64,000 bases of DNA, taken from positions 32,110 through 96,109 of the forward strand of contig SVTH01000009.1 in the NCBI GenBank assembly GCA_015063885.1, given 5' to 3'. Each line of letters starts with the position of its first letter. Position 1 is the stretch's first letter. Both the position numbers and the translations under genes were made by a program. The notes under the pieces were generated by a model. It made no database searches. It was not told where the DNA came from and worked only from the letters and a program-made list of their open reading frames with translations. This DNA is from Oscillospiraceae bacterium (GTDB lineage Bacteria; Bacillota; Clostridia; Oscillospirales; CAG-382). Positions 9,293-20,711 of the stretch are shown here, piece by piece.

Positions 9293-10768
9293 TTAAGCCC
9301 CGATTGCTACGTCGCCGGGGAACTCTATGACGTAGATGTAAACAGTGGTTTCTTCATAATCACAGAAAAACGTCAGATATCTTCCCGCCCCCGTAAGAAC
9401 ATTCCAAGCGCCTGCACTTATGTTGTAATAGGCGGCACGTTCGGGATATTCGTCCTCTATATAGAGAAATTCACCCAAAAGCTCATCCGACCAAAACGCT
9501 TCGTATCTGAGCCAAACGTCTTTGCCCTCCGCTTGGAAACGCAACAGCCGATCCAGATCTCTTTGGCTGAAATAATAAGCGGAGATCTTGGAGACGAAAA
9601 AAGTGTCCTCGGAGGGAATCAGCTCCTCCATGTAGGCATCCTTCGGCGTAGGGATATCCATTCCAGTAATATTTTCCAACTCCTCTGCGAAATCCAGGGC
9701 ATCCGCCACCGTGCGGTACTCCTCACTTTCGTAAAACTCCACGGCGTTGCAATAGCCGCAGACGCCGACAGAGACGGCCAGGACCACAAAGCCGATCCTT
9801 TCCATCAAAGGACGTTTCAAGCATTTTTTACCTTTCCTCAGCCAATACAGGACCCAGACCAGGGAGCCTGCGGTGACCGCCACCCCGGGCAAGGAAACCA
9901 ACGCCATGACCCAGGGACGGGGGTAGATGGTGTAAGGATAGGTGGCAAAAATGCACATCCCAAACACGGAAGCCAGGGACAGCAGAGTGCCCAGCAAGAA
10001 GAAAATATGCTGTTTTCTGTTCAGATATTCTCTGTCCGAACGGGTGCACACCTCGCGGAAAAGCTCATCCATACGGGAGCCGGGGGCTACCAGACTGCCC
10101 CGCAAACGCAAGGGACCGTTTTCCGTATAGAAGACGTAGAAGCCGTTCAGCTCAATGGCAGTACGCAGGTCCCCGTATTGCAACAGACGGGCGGCGATCT
10201 CCTTGCCGTTTTCCCATTCCGAGACCACGAGACGATCCTCATACAGGGAAATGGTCATGATGGTATCGGCAAAGCGCTTTTCCGTTTCGGCATACCTTGC
10301 AAGATGCTTTCGGTAGTCGATGGTCCAATAGATCTCGTAAACCACCAGGAACGGCACAAAGAAATACAAAAGCACAGACTCCTCCAGCACCACGCCCAAG
10401 AACAAAACAGAAAACGCAATGCTGAGCACGACGGCCACTATATGAGAGATCCGCTCCCGCTTTCTTGGGGCGGCCATTCTGCTTACCAGATCCTTGGCCT
10501 CTTCCCCGGTCATACGGGTCTCGTATCGTTCCAGGGGCGGGTTCTCCTGCAGGGCTTCCCCTTGCACCTCGTCCCCGCCGGAAAGCAAGGCGTCCACGGA
10601 GATCCCCAGCACCTCCTTCAGGCGCACCAGATTGTCCACGGTGGGAGAGGTCTGTCCCGTCTCCCATTGGCTCACCGTCTGGCGGCTCACGGTCAAAAGA
10701 GTTCCCAGCTCTTCCTGGGAAAGTCCTTTTTGCTTGCGGTAATATTGGATCTTTTCGCCGATGGTCAT
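9293..10768 (-). CDS. XRE-family helix-turn-helix protein fused to a multi-pass membrane domain and C-terminal extracytoplasmic domain
   Basis: N-terminus IQYYRKQKGLSQEELGTLLTVSRQTVSQWETGQTSPTVDNLVRLKEVLGISVDALL is a classic Cro/C1 HTH. At least 5 hydrophobic helices follow. Confidence 0.75.
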   Translation of the reverse strand: MTIGEKIQYYRKQKGLSQEELGTLLTVSRQTVSQWETGQTSPTVDNLVRLKEVLGISVDALLSGGDEVQGEALQENPPLERYETRMTGEEAKDLVSRMAAPRKRERISHIVAVVLSIAFSVLFLGVVLEESVLLYFFVPFLVVYEIYWTIDYRKHLARYAETEKRFADTIMTISLYEDRLVVSEWENGKEIAARLLQYGDLRTAIELNGFYVFYTENGPLRLRGSLVAPGSRMDELFREVCTRSDREYLNRKQHIFFLLGTLLSLASVFGMCIFATYPYTIYPRPWVMALVSLPGVAVTAGSLVWVLYWLRKGKKCLKRPLMERIGFVVLAVSVGVCGYCNAVEFYESEEYRTVADALDFAEELENITGMDIPTPKDAYMEELIPSEDTFFVSKISAYYFSQRDLDRLLRFQAEGKDVWLRYEAFWSDELLGEFLYIEDEYPERAAYYNISAGAWNVLTGAGRYLTFFCDYEETTVYIYVIEFPGDVAIGA

Positions 10769-10914
10769 AGGCGGTTCACCCTTTCTTGTTTTCTGGGCTT
10801 ATCTTACCATATTCCGCAGAAAAATGCAAGAAATTCTTGCTTTCTTTTTGTCAAGAGGCGCTTGCGCCCCTTTCAAAACCCCAAAAAAGAGAGCCCTGCC
10901 GGGCTCTCTCGTGG

Positions 10915-12090
10915 TTATTTCACGCTTTCGAAGAACTGGCGGCGGTTCTCCTCCAGGTCCAAGGTCAGCACGGATTTTCTGTCCACCGTGGCGTATTCCC
11001 AGGTGCCCGGGAAGGGGATCCGCTGGGTCTGCATGGCGTAATGCCGCAGGCTTCCCACGGAAAACAGGATGGAAAGGCAGTCGCCCTCCGTAAGGTCGGT
11101 ACGCACCTGGGGCAGGATGGTCTCCATCACCGCAAGGAGCTCCGAGAAGGACATGCCCAGCATACGGTTGATCACCGTGGTCATCACCGTCCGCTGTCGT
11201 TCCGTACGCTCAAAATCGCTGGCACCACGTCTCCAACGGGCGTAGCGCAAGGCCAGCTCTCCCGAGAGGGTGTGGACCCCCGGCTCCTTGGCTTCCCCGG
11301 GGAACACGTGGGGAAGGTCCTCTTCCGTAAGGGTCAGCTCGATCCCGCCCAGGATATCAATGATCTCCGTGAAGGCGTTGAAGTCGATGGCGATGTAACG
11401 GTCGATGGCAATGCCGAAGTTGGCGTAAATGGTTTTTTCCAACAGCGCCACGTTGCCCAGGGCAAAGGCGGCGTTGAGACGGTTGTTGGGATATGCGGGG
11501 ATGGATACGTAAAGGTCCCGCAGCAGGGAGGTGAGAACGATCTTCCCCGTGGTCTCGTTGATGGTCACCACGATCATGGTGTCCGACCTGGCGCGGGTGT
11601 TGATGCCGCTGACGTCCATGCCGATGACCAGCACGTGGGAAAGCTCCGGCTCCTCTTCCCCGGGCTCCTGTTCCGGCGCCTTGGAGGGTGCTTGGGAGGG
11701 CTCCTCGGAGGGCAGGTCTTCCGGCTCCTCGCTTTCTTCCGCAGGGGTGGAGACCAACGCCTGCTCCATGGAGGTATCCAGGGCCTGGCGGCTGTCCTCC
11801 TCCATCTCGCTTTCCTCCGGCTGTAAGGGCTCGTCCCCGTAAAGCTCACTGAGCACCGAGGAGATCTCCTCCTCCGTCAGCTTGGGGATGGAGGTGTCCA
11901 CCGACTGGTAATCCAGCAGGGAGTAATACCGATGGAACAGCGCCACGCCGATGAGCAGTAGGGTACAGATCAGGTACACCAGCACCAGCAGGACGATGAG
12001 CGCTATTTTTTTGATCTTTTGCTTTCTCGTCTTCGGAGGCTTTCCCTCCGGAAGCTTTTCTTCGGGAAGCTTGGCTTCCTGTTGTGTCAT
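10915..12090 (-). CDS. LytR-CpsA-Psr (LCP) family cell-wall glycopolymer transferase
   Basis: N-terminal TM anchor, then the LCP core VLVIGMDVSG...RSDTMIVVTINETTGKIVLTSLLRDLYVSIP...NRLNAAFALG...IDRYIAIDFNAFTEIIDILGGIE. Confidence 0.8.
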   Translation of the reverse strand: MTQQEAKLPEEKLPEGKPPKTRKQKIKKIALIVLLVLVYLICTLLLIGVALFHRYYSLLDYQSVDTSIPKLTEEEISSVLSELYGDEPLQPEESEMEEDSRQALDTSMEQALVSTPAEESEEPEDLPSEEPSQAPSKAPEQEPGEEEPELSHVLVIGMDVSGINTRARSDTMIVVTINETTGKIVLTSLLRDLYVSIPAYPNNRLNAAFALGNVALLEKTIYANFGIAIDRYIAIDFNAFTEIIDILGGIELTLTEEDLPHVFPGEAKEPGVHTLSGELALRYARWRRGASDFERTERQRTVMTTVINRMLGMSFSELLAVMETILPQVRTDLTEGDCLSILFSVGSLRHYAMQTQRIPFPGTWEYATVDRKSVLTLDLEENRRQFFESVK

Positions 12091-12097
12091 GACGGGG

Positions 12098-13153
12098 TCA
12101 ATCCTTCTTTCCTGCCATCAGGGGCTTTACCTTCTGGTAGATCTCCCCTGCACGCTGGTTGCCGAAATTCTTCACAAGGGCGTTGTTCAGCCCCAGCTTG
12201 GTCTTGTATTTTTCCAAAGCGCTTCTCACGAACCGCGCCTCGGGGTCGTCTGCCACCAGGTCCCCCAAAAGGGCTCTCAGCTCCTCCACGGTGGGGAGGT
12301 TGGAGGCGGGCTTTTCCGTTTTGCGCTCTGCCTTGGCCTTGGGAGCGGCCTTTGCCTTGGGCTTGGGGGCTTCCTTGGGCTCTTCTGCCTTGGGCTCTTC
12401 CTTGGGCTCCTCGGCTTTGGGCTCCTCGGCGGGCTTCAGCTCCACCTTGGGCTTTTTGGGAGAGGACTTCTTTTTGGCGGGGGCCTTCTTCACGGGCTTT
12501 TCCGCAGGCACCTCTGCAGGCGCTTCCTCTACGGGAACTTCTACGGGTGTTTCTGCGGGCGCTTCCTCTACGGGAACTTCTACGGGTACTTCTGCGGGTA
12601 CTTCTGCGGGAGTCTCCTCTGCGGGAACCGCCTCGGCAGGCACTTCCTCTGCGGGCGCTTCCTCCTCGGCGGAAACGAATTCCACCACGGGCTCCTCTGC
12701 GGGCTCTTCGACAGGCTCTTCGGCGGGTGCTTCCTTAGCTTCCTCGGGTTCTGCCTTGCAGATCTCCCCTCTCACCACCTTGGAAAGGGCGTAGGAGGGA
12801 TCCTTCAGGTAGGGCAGAAGTCCGATGCAAAGGCCGTCCTTCCGCCAGAAGTTCACCACGTATTCAAAGCCTCTGTCGTAGCTGATGATGAGATACTGTC
12901 CCGTGGGGTCCTGTGCGATCAGGTAGCCCAGGTAGGTCACCAGCTGGAAATCCAAAGCGTTGTGACCGCCCACGGTGACCTCGCGGTACTCGATCTTGGC
13001 GGGGCACTCCATCAGACGGCGGTGCAGGTCAAAGGTAAGGCGGTTGGCGTTCTCGCTGTAGAAGATGATCACCCTATCCTCTGCGGTAAGGCGGGAGATG
13101 CCGTTCAGGCCCCCCGTCTTCACGTTTTCGTAATCGATCATGTATGTTGCCAT
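12098..13153 (-). CDS. NYN/LabA-like PIN-fold domain protein with long Pro/Ala/Glu/Lys-rich disordered linker
   Basis: N-terminus MIDYENVKTGGL...VIIFYSENAN...HNALDFQLVTYLGYLI resembles NYN/LabA nuclease-fold domains. The centre is about 170 aa of PAEE/PKAEE low complexity. A small helical C-terminal domain follows. Confidence 0.55.
   Translation of the reverse strand: MATYMIDYENVKTGGLNGISRLTAEDRVIIFYSENANRLTFDLHRRLMECPAKIEYREVTVGGHNALDFQLVTYLGYLIAQDPTGQYLIISYDRGFEYVVNFWRKDGLCIGLLPYLKDPSYALSKVVRGEICKAEPEEAKEAPAEEPVEEPAEEPVVEFVSAEEEAPAEEVPAEAVPAEETPAEVPAEVPVEVPVEEAPAETPVEVPVEEAPAEVPAEKPVKKAPAKKKSSPKKPKVELKPAEEPKAEEPKEEPKAEEPKEAPKPKAKAAPKAKAERKTEKPASNLPTVEELRALLGDLVADDPEARFVRSALEKYKTKLGLNNALVKNFGNQRAGEIYQKVKPLMAGKKD
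12521..12598. repeat. in-frame 39-nt tandem duplication inside the NYN-protein gene
   Basis: CGCTTCCTCTACGGGAACTTCTACGGGT..TCTGCGGG occurs at 12521-12559 and 12560-12598. It encodes VEVPVEEAPAE(T/V)P twice on the minus strand. Confidence 0.85.
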
Positions 13154-13299
13154 AGTCAGGTTCCTTTATGGTTTTGATTCCGCGCCCTCCCGGGGGCGGG
13201 AAAGAATAGCCGCAAATATGCACCATAAAGTATACCACGCTTCCGCCCGTTTGTCAAGTTTTGTCCCCGCGGAAAGAAAAGTTGCAATTCTGTCGATGA

Positions 13300-14751
<1,452 letters not shown>

Positions 14752-14766
14752 TTGAATTTGAAAGAA

Positions 14767-14791
14767 AGGGATCCGAAAGGGTCCCTTTTTC
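14767..14791 (+). terminator. rho-independent terminator of gdhA
   Basis: AGGGATCC-GAAA-GGGTCCCT hairpin followed by TTTTT. Confidence 0.7.
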
Positions 14792-14959
14792 GTTGCGGGG
14801 AGGGAACGCCTTGGGGGAACGCTGAAGAGGAACGCTGAAGGGGTCTTTCTTTAGAAAAAGAAAGACCCCTTAGACCCCAAAGAAACCATACTGCCGAAAA
14901 CTGTCGTTTTCGGGAGAGGGAGAGCATCTTCCATAAGGGAGAATCGTTCTCTGCACGTG

Positions 14960-15265
14960 GAACAAGCCGAACAATTTAACCCTTACTCTCGGCGTGTTCG
15001 TAGGGGACGACGTCTACTGTCCCGGAATCGAAGGTAACGGTTTTCGACGGCGAAACAGTATTTTCGGCCGTCCGTTCCCACATCAGTAGGGGCGATTCAC
15101 AAATCGCCCGTCCCGCGGGAACGGCGGCTGCTTTTTGCGCCATTCCTCCCTGCGGGAGAGCTTCCACGCAAACAGGAACGTGCAGACACGTTTCGTGGTC
15201 CAACGCAAGGCGGGCGATTCGTGAATCGCCCCTACGGTCACGCAAGGTGCGACGGTTACCCTCCG
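14960..15265. repeat. cluster of family-2 intergenic repeats
   Basis: Contains GTAGGGGACGACGTC (about 15000), GTAGGGGCGATTCACAAATCGCCC (15086-15109) and the inverted copy GGGCGATTCGTGAATCGCCCCTAC (15212-15235). Confidence 0.85.
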
Positions 15266-15302
15266 CAAAAAAGGACCTTCCGAAGAAAGTCCTTTTTGCA
15301 AT

Positions 15303-17189
15303 TTATTTTCCCTGCAACTGCTTTTTGTCGTACTGCAATTTATACAGCCCGTAGTATCTTCCCTTCTGCTCCAGGAGCTCCTGATGGGTACCCTTTTCCA
15401 CGATCTTGCCGTGGGAGAGGAAGAAGATCTGATCCGCGTGCTGGATGGTGGAAAGGCGGTGTGCCACGATGAGCATGGTGCCGATGCCCCCCATCTTCTC
15501 CAGAGAGTCCTGGATCAGAACCTCGGTCTCGGTGTCGATGTTGGCGGTGGCCTCGTCCAGGATGATCACCGCAGGGCGGTGGATCAGGGTACGGGCGAAG
15601 GAGAGCAGCTGTCTCTGCCCCGCAGAGAAGTTGTTGCCCCGCTCTCTGACCTCCTCGTCCAGGCCGCCTGGCAGCTTGTCGATGAAGTGGTCGGCGTTGA
15701 CGTAGCGGCAGACTTCGTTCACCTCCTCGTCGGAGATCCCCTCCATTCGTAACAGAATGTTGGAGCGGATGGTGCCGGAGAAGAGGAACACGTCCTGGAG
15801 CATCTGCCCGAAGTGCTTCCGCAGGGAAGCGATCTTGATGCGGGTGATGTCGATGCCGTCCACCAGGATCTGCCCCTTCTGAATGTCGTAGTTACGGCAC
15901 AGCAGGGAGAGGATGGTGGATTTGCCGGAGCCCGTGGAGCCCACGAAGGCGGCGGTCTGTCCCGCCTCGATCTTGAAGGACACGTCCTTTAAGACCCATT
16001 CGTCCTCCACGTACTTGAACCAAACGTTCCTGAACTCGATCTCGCCCTTCACCTCCGTCAGCTCGATGGCGTCGGGAGCGTCCACCACGTCGGGGGTAAT
16101 GTCGAAGATGGTGAAGATCTTCTCCGCCGAGGCGAAGGCGGACTGGAGCCAGTTGAACTGCTCCGCCAGGCTCTGGATGGGGTTGAAGAACTTGGAGATA
16201 TACATATAGAAGGAGACCACCACGCCGCTGTCGATGACCTGCCCCAGGAATTCCGTCTCCTTGATATAGCCTCTGCCGCCCAGATACAAAAGGCAAAGCA
16301 CGGAGGAGATGTACAGCATGTACACCAAAGGACGGAAGATGCCGAAGACGAAGATCTGCTGACGCTTTGCCTTGCCCAAGGCGGCGTTCTTTTCGTCAAA
16401 CTCCTTCTTCTTGCGGGCCTCGCGGTTGAAGATCTGGATGATCTTCATGCCGGAAAGATGCTCGGACAGGAAGGTGTTGATGTCCGTGGTGCCGTCCTTC
16501 ACCTTGCGGTAGGCCTTGCGGGAGAATTTGCGGAACACGATGGTGAACAGCACGATGAAGGGCACGAAGCAAAGCACCATCAGGGTGAGGAGGTAGTTGA
16601 GAAGCAGCATGGCCGCCAGCACCCCCACGATGACGAAGCAGTTCTTCACCAGGTTCACCAGGATGTTGGTGAACATCATGGAGATGGCGCCGGTATCGTT
16701 TGCCACGCGGGTGACCAGCTTGCCCACGGGGATCTCGGAAAGCTGTGCGTGGGAGAGGGATTCGATGTGGATGAACAGATCCTCGCGGATCTTGGAGAGG
16801 ATCTTCTGCCCGATCTTCTGCAGCAGAATGGCCTGGCAATAGGAGCAGATCAGAGAGACCACTAAGATACCCGCGTAAGCTCCCACGGCAATCAGCAGGT
16901 CGGACATGGGGAAATCGTGAACGATCAGCCGCTCGATGTAGCCCACGATCAGAGGAGAAACCACGTCGTAGGCCACGGAAAAGATCATAATGAACAGGAT
17001 CAGCAGGAAGGATCTCCAGTGGGGCTTGGCGTATTTTACCAGGCGCTTTACGATCTCCCCGTCCTGCATATTACGGTCGAAGCCGATGGCTTCCTTTTGA
17101 CCACGGATGGTGAGATAGGCGATGGAAAGCAGAAGCGCCACGAAGCCCACTACGCCGCCCACCAATAAAAGAGGGAAAAACTCAGTCAT
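15303..17189 (-). CDS. ABC exporter half-transporter (TMD-NBD), subunit B of a heterodimer
   Basis: Six N-terminal TM helices. Walker A GSTGSGKST, signature FSAGQRQLLSFAR, Walker B VIILDEATANID. Confidence 0.85.
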   Translation of the reverse strand: MTEFFPLLLVGGVVGFVALLLSIAYLTIRGQKEAIGFDRNMQDGEIVKRLVKYAKPHWRSFLLILFIMIFSVAYDVVSPLIVGYIERLIVHDFPMSDLLIAVGAYAGILVVSLICSYCQAILLQKIGQKILSKIREDLFIHIESLSHAQLSEIPVGKLVTRVANDTGAISMMFTNILVNLVKNCFVIVGVLAAMLLLNYLLTLMVLCFVPFIVLFTIVFRKFSRKAYRKVKDGTTDINTFLSEHLSGMKIIQIFNREARKKKEFDEKNAALGKAKRQQIFVFGIFRPLVYMLYISSVLCLLYLGGRGYIKETEFLGQVIDSGVVVSFYMYISKFFNPIQSLAEQFNWLQSAFASAEKIFTIFDITPDVVDAPDAIELTEVKGEIEFRNVWFKYVEDEWVLKDVSFKIEAGQTAAFVGSTGSGKSTILSLLCRNYDIQKGQILVDGIDITRIKIASLRKHFGQMLQDVFLFSGTIRSNILLRMEGISDEEVNEVCRYVNADHFIDKLPGGLDEEVRERGNNFSAGQRQLLSFARTLIHRPAVIILDEATANIDTETEVLIQDSLEKMGGIGTMLIVAHRLSTIQHADQIFFLSHGKIVEKGTHQELLEQKGRYYGLYKLQYDKKQLQGK

Positions 17190-18969
17190 TGCTCCGATCC
17201 TCCTTCCCCAGGGATTCCAGCTTCTGCAGCTCTACCATGGTACGGTAGGCGGGGCAGGTGTCGTAAAGCTCCTTGTGAGCTCCCACCGCCGCCAGCTTGC
17301 CGTCCTCCAAGAACAGGATCTTATCCATCTGCTCCACGGTGGAGATACGGTGGGCGATGAGGATGGTGGTCTTGCCCTTGCGGAGGGTGCGCAAGTTTTC
17401 CAGGATCTTCTTTTCCGTCTTCACGTCCACCGCGGAAACGGAGTCGTCCAAGATCAGCACGGAGGCGTCCTTCATCAAGGCGCGGGCGATGGAGATACGC
17501 TGCTTCTGCCCGCCGGAGACGGTAACGCCCCGTTCCCCAAGGACGGTGTCGTACCCCAGGGTGAACTCGGAAATGTTGTCGTGAACGTCGGAAAGCTCCG
17601 CCGCCTGCTTGATCAGCGCGGGATCCTCGCTGTCGGAGGCGAAGGCGATGTTTTTGCCGATGGTATCGGAGAACAGGAAGTTATCCTGGGGCACGTAGGC
17701 GCAGAATTTCCGCACCGTTTGGATGGGCAGGGTGTTCACGTCTCTGCCGTCCAAGAACAAGGTGCCGTCGGGGACGTTGTAGGTGCGCAGGATCAGATCC
17801 ACCAAGGTGGTCTTCCCCGCCCCGGTCTTGCCGATGATGCCCACGTTTTCTCCCGCCTTGATGTGGAAGGAAACGTCCTCCAGAACCTTGTAACTGCCGC
17901 CGGGATAGGTGAAGGTGAGATTTTTGCAGGTGATGTCCCCTGCGATGTGCTCCACGTCGGTGACGGTCTCGTTGTCCTTCACGTCAATGGGAGCCTCCAG
18001 CAGCTCGGTGATACGCTCCAAGGAGGCCTTGCCTCTGGATCTCATCTCGATGAGCTGGGAGATGGCCATAATGGGCCAGACGATGGCGGTGAAATAGCCG
18101 ATGAATTCCACCAGCTCGCCGGGGGTCAGAACGTCCGAATACACCAGATAGCCGCCGTAGCCCAAGATCACGCAGATCACCGACTCCACGAAGAGCATCA
18201 CGGAGATGTTCAACAGGGTGGAGGCCTTGGTGTAGCTGATGTTGGCGTCCTCGTTCTCCTTGTTCAGCTTGTGGAAGGCCATCAGCTCCTTGGTCTCCTT
18301 GACGAAGGCCTTCACCACGGCGATGCCGGAGAAGGACTCCTGGGAGAAGTCGGAAAGAGAGGAGAAGGCCGCCTGGCGGGTCTGCCAACGCTTTTGCAGG
18401 CTCTTGCCTACCACGGTGCTTACCGCCAGCAGGGATCCCATGGGAATGAGGGAAAGGAGCATCATGGGCAGGTTCACCCCTGCCATTTTGATCAGCGCCA
18501 AGCCCCCCAAGAACAATGCGTCGCAGAAGGAAAGGATGCCGGAGCCGAAGCAATCCTGCACCGTCTCCAGGTCGTTGGTGAACAGGGACATCAGTCCGCC
18601 CACCTTGTTCACCTGGTAGTATTGCTGGGAAAGGTCCTTACAGTGGTCGAACATCCTGCCCCGCAGGTCTGTTTCCACCTTGATCCCCGAGCCGAAGAAG
18701 CAGATACGCCACAAAAAGCGCCCCACCACCATGATGAGGATCACCACGATCAAGGGCAGGCAGATCTCCTCCAGCAGGAAATCCATATCGAAGGGGCGCA
18801 GAACGCCGTCCACCGGCACCTCGCCCTCGTTGATGCCGTCCACCACCATCTGGTAAAACTCGGGCACCAACAGCTGAAAATAATCCACCGCTATCAACAC
18901 CAGCACGCCCAAAAGAAGCATGGGAGCGTGCTTGAGATAATAGCGGTTGATCTGTTTACCGAATAGCAT
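17182..18969 (-). CDS. ABC exporter half-transporter (TMD-NBD), subunit A of a heterodimer
   Basis: Walker A GKTGAGKTT, signature VSGGQKQRISIARAL, Walker B VLILDDSVSAVD. It overlaps the downstream partner by 8 nt. Confidence 0.85.
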   Translation of the reverse strand: MLFGKQINRYYLKHAPMLLLGVLVLIAVDYFQLLVPEFYQMVVDGINEGEVPVDGVLRPFDMDFLLEEICLPLIVVILIMVVGRFLWRICFFGSGIKVETDLRGRMFDHCKDLSQQYYQVNKVGGLMSLFTNDLETVQDCFGSGILSFCDALFLGGLALIKMAGVNLPMMLLSLIPMGSLLAVSTVVGKSLQKRWQTRQAAFSSLSDFSQESFSGIAVVKAFVKETKELMAFHKLNKENEDANISYTKASTLLNISVMLFVESVICVILGYGGYLVYSDVLTPGELVEFIGYFTAIVWPIMAISQLIEMRSRGKASLERITELLEAPIDVKDNETVTDVEHIAGDITCKNLTFTYPGGSYKVLEDVSFHIKAGENVGIIGKTGAGKTTLVDLILRTYNVPDGTLFLDGRDVNTLPIQTVRKFCAYVPQDNFLFSDTIGKNIAFASDSEDPALIKQAAELSDVHDNISEFTLGYDTVLGERGVTVSGGQKQRISIARALMKDASVLILDDSVSAVDVKTEKKILENLRTLRKGKTTILIAHRISTVEQMDKILFLEDGKLAAVGAHKELYDTCPAYRTMVELQKLESLGKEDRSND

Positions 18970-19022
18970 AGTCGTACTTTATCCTTTCGTAGCCCACACG
19001 TGGGCATCGTGCGCCTTGACGG

Positions 19023-19730
19023 TTAGTTGAAATGCTTTTCGAAGAAACCGTGAAAGCGCGGGAAAAAGGGTGTGAAAGCGAAGAAACGGTCCAGAAGCTT
19101 TCCGAAGCCGGTGATAAGAGGGGTGTTGATCACCGTGAGGACCAAGGTGCCGATGCCGATCATGGAGAGGGAAAACTCCCCGAACAGCACAAGCATCAAA
19201 AGGATGGCGACAGCGAGTGACGACATGTCGTAGATCCATTTGACTCTGCCCATCGCCCAGCCGTAGCGGACGGACAGCTCCTTGACCACCAGCTCATACC
19301 CTTGCTGGGGCAGGTAGGTACGCAAAAGCAATGCGATGGCGAAGGCCGTCACGCAGGCACCCAACCCGCAATAAAAGATCCGTTGCCACAGCTCCGCCGG
19401 AACCTCCGTGCCGAACGTCTCTCGCCAAAGGTCCAATACCACACCGTAAAAGACTGCCGTGCCGAAGGAAAGGAGATACTTCTTCTTGAACCGCCCCACG
19501 AAGGGACAAAGCAACAGGATCAGCCCGCCTTGCAAAACGTATTCCGCCACACCGAAGGAAAAGAAGGGCAAGATGGGCTCCAGCTTGCAATGCAGAACGT
19601 AAGCCGGCGCAACCACCATGGAAACGCCGAATCCGCTTTTTGCGGAAAAGCATACACCCAACGCACAAAGCACCACGCCCAGCACGTAGGCAAGCTCTCC
19701 CACCCCGCAAATTCTCTTGCGATGCTGCAT
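19023..19730 (-). CDS. multi-pass membrane protein, YczE/DUF6198-like
   Basis: About 6 hydrophobic helices. The N-terminus LGVVLCALGVCFSAKSGFGVSMVVAPAYVL resembles the YczE/YitT-type fold. The family assignment is tentative. Confidence 0.45.
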   Translation of the reverse strand: MQHRKRICGVGELAYVLGVVLCALGVCFSAKSGFGVSMVVAPAYVLHCKLEPILPFFSFGVAEYVLQGGLILLLCPFVGRFKKKYLLSFGTAVFYGVVLDLWRETFGTEVPAELWQRIFYCGLGACVTAFAIALLLRTYLPQQGYELVVKELSVRYGWAMGRVKWIYDMSSLAVAILLMLVLFGEFSLSMIGIGTLVLTVINTPLITGFGKLLDRFFAFTPFFPRFHGFFEKHFN

Positions 19731-19780
19731 GTTCCGCCTCCAAAAACCTGCTTTGGAAAAAATTCCAAAACGTTTGGGTT

Positions 19781-19810
19781 ATTATATCATAAGGAAGAAG
19801 GATTTGTCAA
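19781..19810 (-). promoter_or_regulatory. sigma-A type promoter of the YczE-like gene
   Basis: On the minus strand: TTGACA (19810-19805), 18-nt spacer, extended -10 TGATATAAT (-10 hexamer at 19786-19781). Confidence 0.55.
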
Positions 19811-19844
19811 TATTTATCGGCAAATCGGATACGTTTCCTTGCAA

Positions 19845-19874
19845 GAAAAAACGCCCGGCTTTTTTGCCGAGCGC
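19845..19874 (-). terminator. rho-independent terminator after DUF4430-like gene
   Basis: The minus strand reads CGCTCGGC-AAAAAA-GCCGGGCG followed by TTTTTT. Confidence 0.65.
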
Positions 19875-19892
19875 TTTTCTTTGGGAGCCTTT

Positions 19893-20678
19893 TCAATTCT
19901 GCAAAACGCCGCGTCTTCTTGTGAGCACCGTCAAGGCAACGGCCATGGCGCCCAAGAACAGAACAGTCGACAGAATCAATCCGCCATCCCCTACGACAAC
20001 AGGTGACTTGGGAACGTTTACACGCACTGCGGGAGGCACGATGGTCTGCCCTGCCAGCGTGGCGCTGATGAGATGCTCTCCCGCCGACGGCGTCAAAACA
20101 GCCTTGCCGTTTTCGTCGGTAAAGATCTCCGTTTCTTCCCCGTTCAGTATGATCTTTGCCCCGGAAACGGGAGAAGTCACGGGATTCCAATCGGCGTCAT
20201 ACCCTGCGCCCAAAAGGGTGAGGGTCAAAACGCCCTGCTCCAGAGAGGTCTCGAAAAAGGTGTATTGGTCGGAAAAATACTTCCCGTCGGCGTAAACGAA
20301 GGCGTCCAGAACGTCCCCGTCCTTCACAGGGTCGGAAAGTCCCCAGGCGGATGCATGGTTTACATAATATCCAAAATTGCCGGAGGTGTTCCCCCAGAGC
20401 TTGCCCAGGGAGAGCCCGTAATCCTTGTGAACGTAAGCTTCGAAGCCTGCTTCCGCACCGCCCTCGTAAGCGGCTTGGTGGGCGGCGTAAAGAGCGTCGC
20501 TGACGGTGAGTGCCCCGTCTCCGTCGGCATCGGTGACGGGAACCTTTACGGCGTGGAGCACCGTCTTGCCCTCCACGGCAATGGTGACGGTGACGGTGGT
20601 GGCTTCTGCCGCAACGGAGAACTGCAGGGTACACAGAAGCACCGCCAGGGCGAGAAGGAGGATGGAAGTCTTTTTCAT
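19893..20678 (-). CDS. secreted, C-terminally membrane-anchored DUF4430-like (transcobalamin-like) protein, probable surface cobalamin binder
   Basis: Start MKKTSILLLALAVLLCTLQFSVAA is a signal peptide. The DUF4430-like pattern TVTVTIAVEGKTVL...GYYVNHASAWGLSDPVKDGDVLDAFVY is present, with a C-terminal TM helix plus RRRG. A cobalamin riboswitch precedes the gene. Confidence 0.6.
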   Translation of the reverse strand: MKKTSILLLALAVLLCTLQFSVAAEATTVTVTIAVEGKTVLHAVKVPVTDADGDGALTVSDALYAAHQAAYEGGAEAGFEAYVHKDYGLSLGKLWGNTSGNFGYYVNHASAWGLSDPVKDGDVLDAFVYADGKYFSDQYTFFETSLEQGVLTLTLLGAGYDADWNPVTSPVSGAKIILNGEETEIFTDENGKAVLTPSAGEHLISATLAGQTIVPPAVRVNVPKSPVVVGDGGLILSTVLFLGAMAVALTVLTRRRGVLQN

Positions 20679-20711
20679 GTGGGGATTCCTTTCTGTCTTT
20701 TCGTTTTTTGA

